Shown piece after piece: positions 33,161 to 43,548 of a stretch of DNA of 64,000 bases. The position numbers and the translations under genes are program-made. Position 1 is the first letter of the stretch, and each line of letters begins with the position of its first letter. The DNA is taken from the NCBI GenBank assembly GCA_035285585.1, contig JAYKGU010000107.1, positions 2,864 through 66,863 on the forward strand, read 5' to 3'. Source of the stretch: Synechococcales cyanobacterium (GTDB lineage: Bacteria > Cyanobacteriota > Cyanobacteriia > CAKZMO01). The notes under the pieces were generated by a model. The model ran no database searches and had not been told where the DNA came from. It saw only the letters and a program-made list of their open reading frames with translations.

Positions 33161-33889
33161 ATGACAATCGCGATCGCCACTCTCCTTGCGATGTTTCTGG
33201 CCGCTTTCGTACAGAGCGTGGCCGGGTTTGGCTTTGCCCTGGTGGCCATGCCGATCCTGGCAAACACCACCAGTCTGACGGTGGTAACGCCCCTGGTGGC
33301 GATCACGGGAATGCTGACCAATACCCTGCTGTGGGCCTACTATCGCCACGGCTTTCACGTGAAGATTGTGATGCGGCTGTTGGTGGCATCGCTGCTGGGG
33401 ATTCCCGTGGGCCTGGTGGTCGTGGACTATTTGCCGGAGGGGTTGACCCTGATGGGATTGGGGGCGATCGTGGCTACCTATGCCCTCTATTCGCTGGTGA
33501 GTCCTGTCCTGCCGCCCCTGAAAGGGCCGGGGTGGGCCTATGGCTTTGGCTTTACGGCGGGGCTGCTGGCGGGTAGCTACAATATTCCCGGCCCACCTGT
33601 GGTGTTCTACTGCACCAGCCGGGGCTGGACCCCCGATGAGTTTAAGAGCAATTTGACGGGCTTTTTCTGGCTAACGGCGATCGCCGTCATTCTGGGCCAC
33701 GCCCTGGGGCATCGTTTAACCGCAGCGGTGGGGACTAACTTTTTGCTGGCGATACCTGCGGTGCTGCTGGGGATGGGGTTGGGAATTGCCCTGGCCCACC
33801 GCATCGATGCCCAGCTATTTCGCCGCATTATTCTCACGCTGCTGGTCGGCGCAGGGCTGCAGCTCATTTCTATCGGGCTGAGCCGTTAG
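33161..33889 (+). CDS. TauE/SafE family exporter
   Basis: QSVAGFGFAL, GSYNIPGPP; ~8 TM helices; AAGGA RBS. Confidence 0.85.
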   Translation: MTIAIATLLAMFLAAFVQSVAGFGFALVAMPILANTTSLTVVTPLVAITGMLTNTLLWAYYRHGFHVKIVMRLLVASLLGIPVGLVVVDYLPEGLTLMGLGAIVATYALYSLVSPVLPPLKGPGWAYGFGFTAGLLAGSYNIPGPPVVFYCTSRGWTPDEFKSNLTGFFWLTAIAVILGHALGHRLTAAVGTNFLLAIPAVLLGMGLGIALAHRIDAQLFRRIILTLLVGAGLQLISIGLSR

Positions 33890-34632
33890 GAGAGGGTACC
33901 CACCCGCATCCAGATCTGCCAGCGCACCTCAATGTCATGCCCCTGCCAGGCTTCCATGATTTGCTGGGTGAAGGACGAAACCAACTCCTCCCCCTGATCC
34001 GCCATCAGTTGCTGCGTGGCCGACCAGGTTGTGAGGTAGCCGATCAGGTCGTGCTCCGTCCAGCGCGTGCGGATGACGAAGCTGGGCGCGTTCACTTCCT
34101 GGAAAGGAAACGGGAGCGTCTGATATTGATCGCGAATGGCGCTGACCTCTGGTGCCCAGTAGGGTTCCACCAGCACTTTGAAGGCTTGAATCAGGCTGTG
34201 GAGGGTTTCAGAAATATCGGGCAGCTCAAACTCGCCGTAGCACCAGGCGGCGATCGCCCCCCCCGGCTTCACCACCCGCCGCACCTCCCGGTAGAACAGA
34301 TCCAGGTTAAACCAGTGGAGGGCCATGCCCACCGTCACCAGTTCCACCAGGCCATCCGCCAGGGGCACCTGTTCGGCGGGGGCGATCGCGTAGGTAATTT
34401 GGGGATGCTGAAAGGCGTGGGCAATCTGGTTGGCGCTGGCGTCGGTGGCGTAGATGGTTTCAAAGTAGGGCAGCAGCCCCAGGGCCACCTGTCCGTTTCC
34501 GGTGGCACAGTCCCAGGCAGCGTGGCGATCGCGACTCAGACTGGCCAGATAGGCAAACAGCTCTGGCGGATATTGGGGACGATAGGCTGCATACGCCTGC
34601 GCCTGGCTGGAAAAGTAATCTTTGAAATTCAT
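33886..34632 (-). CDS. Class I SAM-dependent methyltransferase
   Basis: YAAYRPQYP, WDCATGNGQ, ATDASANQI, ALHWF, VKPGG. Confidence 0.9.
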   Translation of the reverse strand: MNFKDYFSSQAQAYAAYRPQYPPELFAYLASLSRDRHAAWDCATGNGQVALGLLPYFETIYATDASANQIAHAFQHPQITYAIAPAEQVPLADGLVELVTVGMALHWFNLDLFYREVRRVVKPGGAIAAWCYGEFELPDISETLHSLIQAFKVLVEPYWAPEVSAIRDQYQTLPFPFQEVNAPSFVIRTRWTEHDLIGYLTTWSATQQLMADQGEELVSSFTQQIMEAWQGHDIEVRWQIWMRVGTLS

Positions 34633-34687
34633 GGGGGCAATTGATCCGGCGAAAGGATGGAGGAACGAGCATTCCTACCATCTTGGC

Positions 34688-36184
34688 TCAAAAATCAAAG
34701 TAGATGTAGGGCAGCGTCTCCGACGGGGCCAACAGCCAGGCCAGGTAGAGCAGCACGGGTACCAAAAGTACCTTGAGATGCCAGTTAAACTGCAGCTTCA
34801 TCCCCCGCCGCACCGCGTAGATCAGCCCCATGCCCCCCACAATTCCCCACAGGAGCCAGGCGAGGTGGGCGCGATCGATCTGCAGAGTTTCCAGATAGAT
34901 CTTTTGGGCAAACTGCACATCGCCAGAGTGACCCCAGAGGTGGCGCAGCACCAGCCCAAAGTCGCGGGGGTCGGGCAGGCGAAAGAAAATCCAGGAGAAA
35001 AAGACGGTGAGCTGGGTCAGCCCCCAGGCAAAGATAACGCCCGCTACGCTGTGCCAGGATTTGGCCAGAGCTGGGATTTTCTGGCTGAAGAACTCCATGA
35101 GCCGATGCACCGCTAAACCGACGCCATGAATCGCCCCCCAGATGAGGAACCCCAGCCCCGCCCCATGCCAGAATCCCGCCACCAGCATGACGATGATCAG
35201 ATTCAGGCAGGTGCGGGCCAGTCCTTTGCGCGACCCGCCCAGGGGAAAGTACAGGTAGTTGCGCAGCCAGTCTCCCAGGGTCATGTGCCACCGTCGCCAG
35301 AAGTCGGCCAGGTTGGTGGCAAAGTAGGGGAAGTTAAAGTTTTGGGGCAGCTCAAACCCCAGCAGGGTGGCGCTACCCCGCGCTACGTCCACATAGCCGC
35401 TGAAGTCCAGGTAAAGCTGCAGCCCGTAGGCGAAGGTGGCCAGCCACAGGTCGCCGCTGCCCGCCCGCTCCAGGTTGTCGAAGCTGAGGTTGACCAGGGT
35501 AGCCAGGTGATCCGCCAGCATGAGTTTCTTCACGGCTCCGCAGGCAATCAGCCAGAGGCCATCGACGACCTGATCGAAGCGGGGCGATCGCATCGCCTGC
35601 AACTGACTGTCCAAATGGTGAAACCGGGTGATCGGCCCCGACAGCAGCTTGGGAAAAAACAGCTTGTAGGTGGAAAACTCCAGCAGGCTGGGAGTAGCGG
35701 GCGCGCCCCGATACACGTCAACCAGATAGGCAATGCATTCAAATACAAAGTAGCTCAGCCCGAGGGGCACCAGCAGCCGCGCCCCGATCCAGTCGGCACT
35801 GGTTTGGGCAATGGGCAAATTCAGCAGGGTGCCCGTGGAGGAGAGTAAAAACGGCAGGTACCTGAAGCCCACCAGCAGCAAGATGTTGAGAATAACCCCC
35901 ACCCACAGGAGGTGCAGCCGCCGCCGGTTCCAATCCTGCTGGGCAAACTGCCACTGCTCATCGGGGATGCGCCAGTCGAGGGGGGAGCCGATGGCCAAAC
36001 CCATGTAAAAGGTCACCAGGGCCATGAGAATCAGCAGGGGCACGTACTGAATTTGCAGCGAAGCGTAAAACACCAGGCTGGCCACCAGCAGGATAAACAG
36101 CCGCAGCGATCGCTCTTCCTGTGTCCAGTAGATGCCCAGGATGCTGAGCAAAAAAATGCCGTAGGTAATTGACAGGAGGGTCAT
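34688..36184 (-). CDS. MBOAT family O-acyltransferase (AlgI/DltB-like)
   Basis: PLGLSYFVF, FFPKLLSGPI, YLDFSGY, FWRRWHMTL, GFWHGA, C-terminal YIYFDF. Confidence 0.92.
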   Translation of the reverse strand: MTLLSITYGIFLLSILGIYWTQEERSLRLFILLVASLVFYASLQIQYVPLLILMALVTFYMGLAIGSPLDWRIPDEQWQFAQQDWNRRRLHLLWVGVILNILLLVGFRYLPFLLSSTGTLLNLPIAQTSADWIGARLLVPLGLSYFVFECIAYLVDVYRGAPATPSLLEFSTYKLFFPKLLSGPITRFHHLDSQLQAMRSPRFDQVVDGLWLIACGAVKKLMLADHLATLVNLSFDNLERAGSGDLWLATFAYGLQLYLDFSGYVDVARGSATLLGFELPQNFNFPYFATNLADFWRRWHMTLGDWLRNYLYFPLGGSRKGLARTCLNLIIVMLVAGFWHGAGLGFLIWGAIHGVGLAVHRLMEFFSQKIPALAKSWHSVAGVIFAWGLTQLTVFFSWIFFRLPDPRDFGLVLRHLWGHSGDVQFAQKIYLETLQIDRAHLAWLLWGIVGGMGLIYAVRRGMKLQFNWHLKVLLVPVLLYLAWLLAPSETLPYIYFDF

Positions 36185-36380
36185 GGCGGGGACGCATGGG
36201 GTCAGGTCACATCAATTAAACCTTAAATCAGCCCGTTCCAACATTCTGATACCCTCGGCTAAGGGGCGAATGGGCCGAGAGATTGTTTTAATTTACCCGA
36301 TGGTGCGTTGGGCTTGCGCCCCAACACGCCCTACAGTGTGATGTGTATAGCTAGTTACTGATTGCGATCGCCCTCAACCT

Positions 36381-37562
36381 ATGGCCGCTCCCGATTCAAC
36401 TGACTGGAACCGTCACCACATCCTCTCTCTGGCGGATTTCGCGCCCCAGGAGTACGACATCATTTTGCAAACCGCCAACAGCTTCCGGGAAGTGCTGTCG
36501 CGCCCCATGAAAAAGGTGCCCGCCCTCCAGGGGCAGGTGGTGACCAATTTATTCTTCGAGCCATCCACCCGCACCCGCAGCAGCTTCGAGCTGGCCGCCA
36601 AGCGCCTGTCTGCCGACACGCTCAACTTCGCCCCTGGAACCTCCTCCCTCACCAAAGGAGAAACCATCCTCGACACCGCCAAAACCTACCTGGCCATGGG
36701 CACCAATCTTATGGTGATTCGCCACCGGGAGGCGGGCGTTCCCCAGGCGATCGCCCAGGAAATGGACCGCCTGCAAACCAACGTCCGCGTCCTCAATGCC
36801 GGAGATGGCCAGCACGAACATCCCTCCCAGGCGTTGCTGGATCTGTTCACCCTCTGCACCCTGCTCGACCCCGAACAGCCCCGCAGCGAGCTACTCAAGG
36901 GCAAAAAAGTGGCGATCGTGGGCGACATTCTCCACTCCCGCGTGGCCCGCTCCAACATCTGGAGCCTCACCACCAGCGGCGCAGAAGTTCACCTGGCCGC
37001 CCCGCCGACGCTGCTGCCGAGGGAGTTTGGGGCGTTTTGCGAAAGAGAGAAGAGAGAAGATGAAAGGCAGAAGGCAGAAGGCAGAAGGCAGAGGACAGAA
37101 GGCAGAAGGCAGAAGGCAGAAGGCAACGAAATCCAAAATCCAAAATCCAAAATCCAAAACTCCCCCATCCACCCATCCACCCATCCACCCACTCCTGACT
37201 CCTGGCTCCTGACTCCTGACTCCTTTCCCCCTGCCCCCGCCCTCTTCCTCCATCACACCCTCGCCCCCGCCCTCCAGGACGCCGATTTCGTGATGACCCT
37301 GCGGCTGCAGCACGAGCGCATGACCCAGCACCTGCTGCCCAGCCTGCGGGAATATCATCAGCAGTTTGGCATTACGCGCGATCGCCTCCAGCTCTGTAAG
37401 CCCACTGTCAAAGTCCTCCACCCCGGCCCTACCAATCGCGGTGTGGAAATTACCTCCGACGTGATGGACGACCCCGCCCTCAGCCTGATTTCCCAACAGG
37501 TGACCAGCGGCGTCGCCATTCGCATGGCGTTACTATACTTAATGGGCACCGGAGGAGAGTAG
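36381..37562 (+). CDS. pyrB: Aspartate carbamoyltransferase catalytic subunit with a ~60-aa repeat-derived insertion
   Basis: [62 protein letters not shown]. Confidence 0.95.
   Translation: MAAPDSTDWNRHHILSLADFAPQEYDIILQTANSFREVLSRPMKKVPALQGQVVTNLFFEPSTRTRSSFELAAKRLSADTLNFAPGTSSLTKGETILDTAKTYLAMGTNLMVIRHREAGVPQAIAQEMDRLQTNVRVLNAGDGQHEHPSQALLDLFTLCTLLDPEQPRSELLKGKKVAIVGDILHSRVARSNIWSLTTSGAEVHLAAPPTLLPREFGAFCEREKREDERQKAEGRRQRTEGRRQKAEGNEIQNPKSKIQNSPIHPSTHPPTPDSWLLTPDSFPPAPALFLHHTLAPALQDADFVMTLRLQHERMTQHLLPSLREYHQQFGITRDRLQLCKPTVKVLHPGPTNRGVEITSDVMDDPALSLISQQVTSGVAIRMALLYLMGTGGE
37064..37224 (+). repeat. Compound short tandem repeat (STRR-like) array inside pyrB
   Basis: (AAGGCAG)~9, (AAATCCA)~4, (CCCATCCA)~3, (ACTCCTG)~5. 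Confidence 0.9.
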
Positions 37563-37565
37563 TTG

Positions 37566-37910
37566 ATGTGGAAGAAGCTGCGAGGAGGCGTACTGGTGAG
37601 CGTAGGCTATATGCTGTCGCCCCTGTCCTGGTGGAACGACTTGTTTTTTAATTTCCCCATCGCCTATGCCGTGGGTGTGGGCGCGAGTCTAATCAACCCT
37701 GACTGGTTTCTGGCGGCAACGGCGATCGGCTACTGGCTCTCCAACGTGATTGGCATCCTCATGATGCAGTTTGGTGCCACCGATGTGGTATTTGGCGATC
37801 GCCCCCGCAACCTCAAAAAGGATGTGCTCATTGGTTTGGGTACTTCTACTCTATACACCTTTGGGGTGGGGGCGCTGGTTTACTTTCACGTCCTGGAAAT
37901 CCCTATTTAG
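37566..37910 (+). CDS. Small hypothetical membrane protein
   Basis: GYMLSPLSWWNDLFFNFPIAY, GYWLSNVIGILMM; GGAG RBS; follows pyrB. Confidence 0.75.
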   Translation: MWKKLRGGVLVSVGYMLSPLSWWNDLFFNFPIAYAVGVGASLINPDWFLAATAIGYWLSNVIGILMMQFGATDVVFGDRPRNLKKDVLIGLGTSTLYTFGVGALVYFHVLEIPI

Positions 37911-37929
37911 CCCCCACCAAATGTGTCGT

Positions 37930-38310
37930 TCAAACCAGCATTTGAAAAAGTTCTTCCCACAGGAAATCAGGGCTTTGGCCTTCGCGACATGCTTGATACA
38001 GCCCGTCTCCTCCCCTCACCTGGGAAGCTTTTTCGCTTAATGGCTCAATATAGCCGAGGTCGCGAATGGTATGGGGAACTTGCTGCGATGCCAGTTGCCG
38101 CTCCCGTCTGGATGGCTGCCGCTGGCAGTGGTCCTTCATCAAGCGGTTATAGGTGCGGTAGGGGATGTAGTGCAGGGGGTTGTAACCGGCAAACCGCAGG
38201 ATTAGCACACAGGCCCAGGAATATTTCCCTTCAAGAATAGCCTCAACGACTTGGGTAAATTGTTCGGGGGTCATCGCTTTACCAAGTTCGCGATCGCAGT
38301 TCGAATTCAT
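37930..38310 (-). CDS. HetP-family protein with a double-glycine motif
   Basis: MTPEQFTQVVEAILEGKYSWACVLILRFAGYNPLHYIPYRTYNRL (HetP domain); IRDLGYIE..VRGG. Confidence 0.88.
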   Translation of the reverse strand: MNSNCDRELGKAMTPEQFTQVVEAILEGKYSWACVLILRFAGYNPLHYIPYRTYNRLMKDHCQRQPSRRERQLASQQVPHTIRDLGYIEPLSEKASQVRGGDGLYQACREGQSPDFLWEELFQMLV

Positions 38311-38454
38311 GTGTCCATATCTCCAATTAGGGGGGTGCAAACGGGAGGGTGGAAAATCTAGCAAAATTACACTTAATCCATATCTGTTCAATCAGTGGCC
38401 ATCCATTATGGAAGCGATCGCTGGGGCTTTCCCCACCCGAGGATGGCCAGACAC

Positions 38455-39858
38455 TTAAAGATTAATTCCTCCTGCCTGAAGCTGGCGAATGGGGTCAAGC
38501 AGCAAATCGAGAATGCGCTGTTTCCGCACCACAATTTCGGCGTGGGCAGTTTGCCCAGCCTGTAGTTCAACAGGTTGATTTTCGTGCATTACATAGTCGC
38601 GCTCCAGGGCAATATCTACTTCATAAACCGCTCCCAGTTGCTCATTGGCCTTGGCATTGGGCGAGATGGACAAAACCTTGCCCGTGACAATGCCATAGTC
38701 TTGATAGGGAAAGGCATCCAGCTTGATGTTGACGGTCATGCCGGTTTCAATCAGACCCGCCTCTCGGCTGGGTAGCGCTGCCGACAATACCAAAGGCGCA
38801 TCATCGGGGGCGATTTCTGCAATGGTTTGCCCTGCCTGGATCACTTCCCCCGTGTTTTCGACCCCCAGGGCAAGCACCAGACCGTCGCAGGGGGCATATA
38901 CAAACATTTGATCCAGTTTTGTCCGGGCTGCCTTGAGCAAGGCTTTTGTTTCTTCGATATGGGCTTGAATACCGATGGCCTCCCGCTCAAGCTGCTGTAA
39001 TTGTTGCTGTAGCTCGATCTGGCTCCGTTGTCCCTCAGCTTGCTGCCGCGTCAGTTGGGCCTGGAGGCGATCGCTCTCCGCCTGGGACTTTTCCAGATTG
39101 CCCGAATTCTGGGTAATGGCTTGCTGCCGCTCCCGAATAGACTGTTCTACCTCAAAGAGCTGATCTTGGGCGATCGCCCCGGCATCTACCAGGGGCTGAA
39201 GTCTTTGCAGTCGGTTCTGATAAGCCTCAGTTTCTGTATCCAGATGGGTCAGCATTTCCTGAAGGGTTTGGATATCTACTGCAGTTTCGGTGATGGCCAT
39301 CTGCTGGGCATTGACATCGGCGGTGGCGATCGCCTGCCGCACTTCTCCCTCCATGCGGGTTCGCTCAATCAGGGCCTGCATCTGCAGAAGCTGGGCGTGC
39401 TGGGAGGTCAAACTTTGTTCCAGCCGCTCAATCTCGGTTTGCTCCAGGCGGGTATCCAGAGTGGCGATAATTTGCCCGGTTTTGACCGCCTCTCCTTCTT
39501 CCACGAGAATCTGGGCCACTTCTCCCTGGATCATAGGCTGCACCTTGTAAACCTGTCCTTCTGGCACCAGTTGCCCCTGGGCGTGGCTCACCTCCTGGAT
39601 ATGCCCGAACCAGGCCCATCCCCCAAAAATGCAGCCAAACACAAAGCCGCCCAGGAGAAGTCGCTTGGAGAAGGTTGCTGGAGGCTGATCGAGAGTGGCT
39701 TGCAGTCCATCGCTCCAAAGCGGCTCGGCAGCGGATTTGGTAGCTAATTGCACTGACGCGGAGGGCGTAATTGGGAAAGATTGATGTACTAAGGCAGAGT
39801 GTTGCGTCGAAGGGTGTTGGAGGGACGTTTTCCCATTGGTTGGCTGTCGTGAAGTCAT
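38455..39858 (-). CDS. HlyD family type I secretion membrane-fusion protein
   Basis: LDQPPA, TM, QGQLVPEG, coiled coil, KLDAFPYQDYG, GQTAHAEIVVRKQRILD. Confidence 0.92.
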   Translation of the reverse strand: MTSRQPTNGKTSLQHPSTQHSALVHQSFPITPSASVQLATKSAAEPLWSDGLQATLDQPPATFSKRLLLGGFVFGCIFGGWAWFGHIQEVSHAQGQLVPEGQVYKVQPMIQGEVAQILVEEGEAVKTGQIIATLDTRLEQTEIERLEQSLTSQHAQLLQMQALIERTRMEGEVRQAIATADVNAQQMAITETAVDIQTLQEMLTHLDTETEAYQNRLQRLQPLVDAGAIAQDQLFEVEQSIRERQQAITQNSGNLEKSQAESDRLQAQLTRQQAEGQRSQIELQQQLQQLEREAIGIQAHIEETKALLKAARTKLDQMFVYAPCDGLVLALGVENTGEVIQAGQTIAEIAPDDAPLVLSAALPSREAGLIETGMTVNIKLDAFPYQDYGIVTGKVLSISPNAKANEQLGAVYEVDIALERDYVMHENQPVELQAGQTAHAEIVVRKQRILDLLLDPIRQLQAGGINL

Positions 39859-40422
39859 AGTCAATCCCAGCAAAGGTCGATAACTTTACAAGAGCAGCTT
39901 TACAATCACAGCTTTATCAATTACCTGCATCTGACCGTTGAGCGCGTGGGCAATTTTAATTACATTTTCTTGAGGTGCGCTCCCAGCGGGGGAGGTACCC
40001 CCAAGAAAGTAATTTTTTTAACCAGTCAAACAATCAGCAGCAATATTGGCAATACTTGGGTGATCAGTAGTGGACGGAAATCATCAGTTAAATTAACCCA
40101 CGTTTGCCAGACTGGCCTGGCGATGGTATTTGGGCCAGAAAACCCGAAGAACCAGTGGACAAGCGTTGTTCTATCGCGGAGTTGTTCTGGGGGGTCACTG
40201 ATGACCAGGTAAGTAACCTCCGTGGAAATACTACGGGGAAGGCCGGAGCGGGATCTGCCAAACTGGCAGTTTCGTAATATTTGTCAGTACTTGTTTGACC
40301 GAGCGATACCTTTGTTTACCTAACTTAAAAGAAGGGGCGATCGCCACAACTATCCCAAAACCCGGTTCCACCAACAAGTTGGCGGCTTCTCCGTCCGTAC
40401 CGACTGCCTGGCAAGCACCGGA

Positions 40423-43400
40423 CTAAAGATCAAGCTGTTGCTGCACCAGGTGGTAGTACAGGCCCCGACCGGCCATTAGCTCATCGTGGTTGCCCTTCTC
40501 CACCAGCACCCCCTGATCCAGCACCAGAATTTGATCGGCGTGGCGTACGGTGGACAGACGGTGGGCAATGATAAAGGTGGTGCGATCGCGGCTGATATGG
40601 GCCAAATTCTTTTGAAAACGGCGTTCTGACTCGGTATCCAGGGAACTGGTGGCTTCATCCAGAATGAGAATGCGAGGATTCCCCAGCAGCGCTCGGGCGA
40701 TGGCGATGCGCTGACGCTGCCCCCCCGACAGGGTAGATCCCCGCTCGCCCACGGCAGTGTGATAGCCCAGCGGCAGAGATTGGATGAATGGGTGAGCCTC
40801 CGCTACCTTCGCCGCTTCCACCGCATCTTCTAAGGAGAACTCTGAGCGGTAGAGCAGGATATTGTCGAGGATGGTGCCTGAGAACAAGAAACATTCCTGG
40901 GGAACAACGCCCAGTTGCGATCGCAAAGATGGCGGAGAGCTGTGGCGAATATCGTGGCCGTCAACCAGAACCCGGCCTTCATCGGGATGATACAGCCCTT
41001 CCAGAAGCTTTACCAGCGTGCTTTTCCCGGATCCACTCCGCCCCACTACCGCCGTGGTCTGGCCAGCCTTAACTTCAAAAGAAATGTTTTGTAATGTGTT
41101 GCGTTCTGCCTCGCTACTGTACCGAAATGTAATGTTTTCAAACGAAACCTGTCCCTGAATAGGTGGCATAACCATCATCTGCTGGCCAGGCGTTTCCTCT
41201 GGTCGGGTTTCAAACACATCATTGAGCCGCTCCACGGAAATTAACACTTCCTGGAGTTCGTCCCACAGCCCCGCCAGGGCAATAACCGGGCTGATGACAT
41301 ACCCAATCATCATATTGAAGGCCACAAACTGGCCGATGGTTAGCTCTCCCTGAATCACCAGGCCAGCCCCATACCAGAGCAGCAGCGTGCTTCCCAGGGT
41401 GTTGACCATGCCGTTAGCCGCCTGCAGGCCAATGCCAAACTTCTGTCCCCGAAACCGCATATTCAACTGCCGCGTCAGGGTTTCCTCCCACCGCCAGCGC
41501 AGCTCCCGTTCCGCCGCCGCCGATTTAATGGTATGAATGCCCGTCATCATTTCCACCAGCGCCGAATTTTGGTCCGCCGCTTCCTTGAAGATCTGTCGAG
41601 AAATCTTCCTCAAGAAAGGCGTTGACCCCAGGGTGAGCAGCATGATGGGGGGGATTAATCCCAACACCAACAGCGTCAAGCGCCAGTTGTAGTACAGCAT
41701 CAACCCCAGGTAGACAAATCCGGTGACGAAGTTAAGCCACGCCAGCACCACCTGGCCAATGAGGAAATGTTGAATCTTTTGGTTTTCCTGCACACGGGTG
41801 ATGATGTCACCGACGCGGCGCGACTCAAAAAACTGTAGCGGCAGCGCTACAGCGTGGCGGATAAACCCACTAATCAGGGTTAAATCTAACCGGTTGGCAA
41901 AATAGCCCAGCAAGTACTGGCGCACCGACGTCATGGCGATGCTCCAGATGCCAAACAAAATCAACCCCACGGCAAAAACATTCAGGGTTTCCAGACTTTT
42001 TTGCACCACCACCTGATCCAGAATGATTTGGGTAAACAGCGGGGTGACCAGCCCAAAAACTTGGATGAGTAAGGACACGGCAATCACCTGCAGCGCCAGG
42101 GAGCGATAGGGCAGCAGGGCACCCAGATATCGCCCCAGGCTGGCCTGGTTGACCTTCGTGTCATACAGATTTTCGGTGGGATCCAGCAAGAGTGCATATC
42201 CCGTCCAGTGGGAGAGGAAGGCTTGCCGGGAAAGCAACTGGCGGCCCAGGGCAGGATCGGCGATCGCCACCTGGTCGTGGCTGACCCGATACACGACCAC
42301 ATAGTGATTGCCCTGCCAGTGGGCAATCCAGGGGTTGGCCTGCTCGGCCATGCGCCCCAGGCTGGCCCGCACGGGACGGGCGTGGTAGCCCAGGCCCTCC
42401 GCCGCCTTCGCCAAACTCCGCAGGGATGCGCCCGATCGCCCCACATTGGCTTGCTCCCGCAGAAAGTTGAGGGGAAACCGCTTACCCCAATATTGGGAAA
42501 TCATGGCCAGACAGGCCGCCCCACAGTCGGAGGAGCTTTGTTGCTCAACCCAGGGGTATTGGTGCAGCCAGTCGAGGAACTTACGGTTGAGGGGTTTGGG
42601 GAATGTGGGTGCTGCCGCCGTCGGCTGGGTGATATTGGCCGGGGGCTGTACCACCAGCGGGGCGGGTGGTTTGTCAGGACGGAGATCGGTGGGCGGAAGG
42701 GTCGGGAGGGCCAGAGTTCCAGCAGGTTGGGAGGATGCCGACGGGCTAGCCTCCATCCCCGCTTTCCCTTCGCCCATTGCCAGCTCCCAATATTCGTCAG
42801 GGAGCTGGTACGCCATCACGTCGGTTTGGGCAAAGATGGGAGCCGGATAGTCAGCGCGATCGCCCCAACTATCGCCAACCTGTAGCGGCGGCACCAGCCC
42901 GTGGCCGTTTTCTGGCTGGCCCTGCACAATTCCCTGGCGCAGCCACCAGCGCCCACCCAGTTGACGGGCGTGGTCAGTGAGGTCTGTATGGGCAGGAATG
43001 AATTGCTCTGTAACGTAGGGGATCCACTGCTGAATCTGATGGCTGGATTGGCTGGCCAGATCTGTCAAACTTTTGAAGAAGACCAGCCGCTCCTGATGGC
43101 GGGCCTGGGTTTGCAGGTGGGCACTCAGGGCCGGGTATTGGTCTAGTAAAACTGTCAGAACCGCTTGGGGAATGAGGAGCAGACGAACCTCACTGGCCGC
43201 GATCGCCCGATAGGGAAGGCTGGTCGCGGCCAATAGGAAATCTGCCCCGAAGGTATCATCGGCCTGGAGCAACTGGGCCGTGACATCCCGCTGCCGCAGC
43301 CGACTGGGGCATAGAAGCCGCACCTGTCCTTGCACGATGAAGTACAGGGCTACCTCAGGAGGGCAGGGGGAGATGGGATGACCAAGGGGATAGTCTCTCA

Positions 43401-43548
43401 TCTGGATCCCAGGGGGGAGGTTTGCTGGAGAGCCAGACTGGTCCGGGTGTACCAAACTCATCAGCCGAGCAAGCGCCTGAGAAGCCTGGGTAACACCGGG
43501 GCCGCCAGAAAGGGGGGGCTTTTTTCTGACCCCGAGACTTGAATACAT
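40423..43548 (-). CDS. HetC-like peptidase-containing ABC exporter (cNMP-like domains + C39 + TMD + NBD)
   Basis: QQSSSDCGAACL (C39 Cys), HYVVVY, IADP; GRSGSGKST, LSGGQRQR, LDEATS; start uncertain. Confidence 0.9.
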   Translation of the reverse strand: MYSSLGVRKKPPLSGGPGVTQASQALARLMSLVHPDQSGSPANLPPGIQMRDYPLGHPISPCPPEVALYFIVQGQVRLLCPSRLRQRDVTAQLLQADDTFGADFLLAATSLPYRAIAASEVRLLLIPQAVLTVLLDQYPALSAHLQTQARHQERLVFFKSLTDLASQSSHQIQQWIPYVTEQFIPAHTDLTDHARQLGGRWWLRQGIVQGQPENGHGLVPPLQVGDSWGDRADYPAPIFAQTDVMAYQLPDEYWELAMGEGKAGMEASPSASSQPAGTLALPTLPPTDLRPDKPPAPLVVQPPANITQPTAAAPTFPKPLNRKFLDWLHQYPWVEQQSSSDCGAACLAMISQYWGKRFPLNFLREQANVGRSGASLRSLAKAAEGLGYHARPVRASLGRMAEQANPWIAHWQGNHYVVVYRVSHDQVAIADPALGRQLLSRQAFLSHWTGYALLLDPTENLYDTKVNQASLGRYLGALLPYRSLALQVIAVSLLIQVFGLVTPLFTQIILDQVVVQKSLETLNVFAVGLILFGIWSIAMTSVRQYLLGYFANRLDLTLISGFIRHAVALPLQFFESRRVGDIITRVQENQKIQHFLIGQVVLAWLNFVTGFVYLGLMLYYNWRLTLLVLGLIPPIMLLTLGSTPFLRKISRQIFKEAADQNSALVEMMTGIHTIKSAAAERELRWRWEETLTRQLNMRFRGQKFGIGLQAANGMVNTLGSTLLLWYGAGLVIQGELTIGQFVAFNMMIGYVISPVIALAGLWDELQEVLISVERLNDVFETRPEETPGQQMMVMPPIQGQVSFENITFRYSSEAERNTLQNISFEVKAGQTTAVVGRSGSGKSTLVKLLEGLYHPDEGRVLVDGHDIRHSSPPSLRSQLGVVPQECFLFSGTILDNILLYRSEFSLEDAVEAAKVAEAHPFIQSLPLGYHTAVGERGSTLSGGQRQRIAIARALLGNPRILILDEATSSLDTESERRFQKNLAHISRDRTTFIIAHRLSTVRHADQILVLDQGVLVEKGNHDELMAGRGLYYHLVQQQLDL

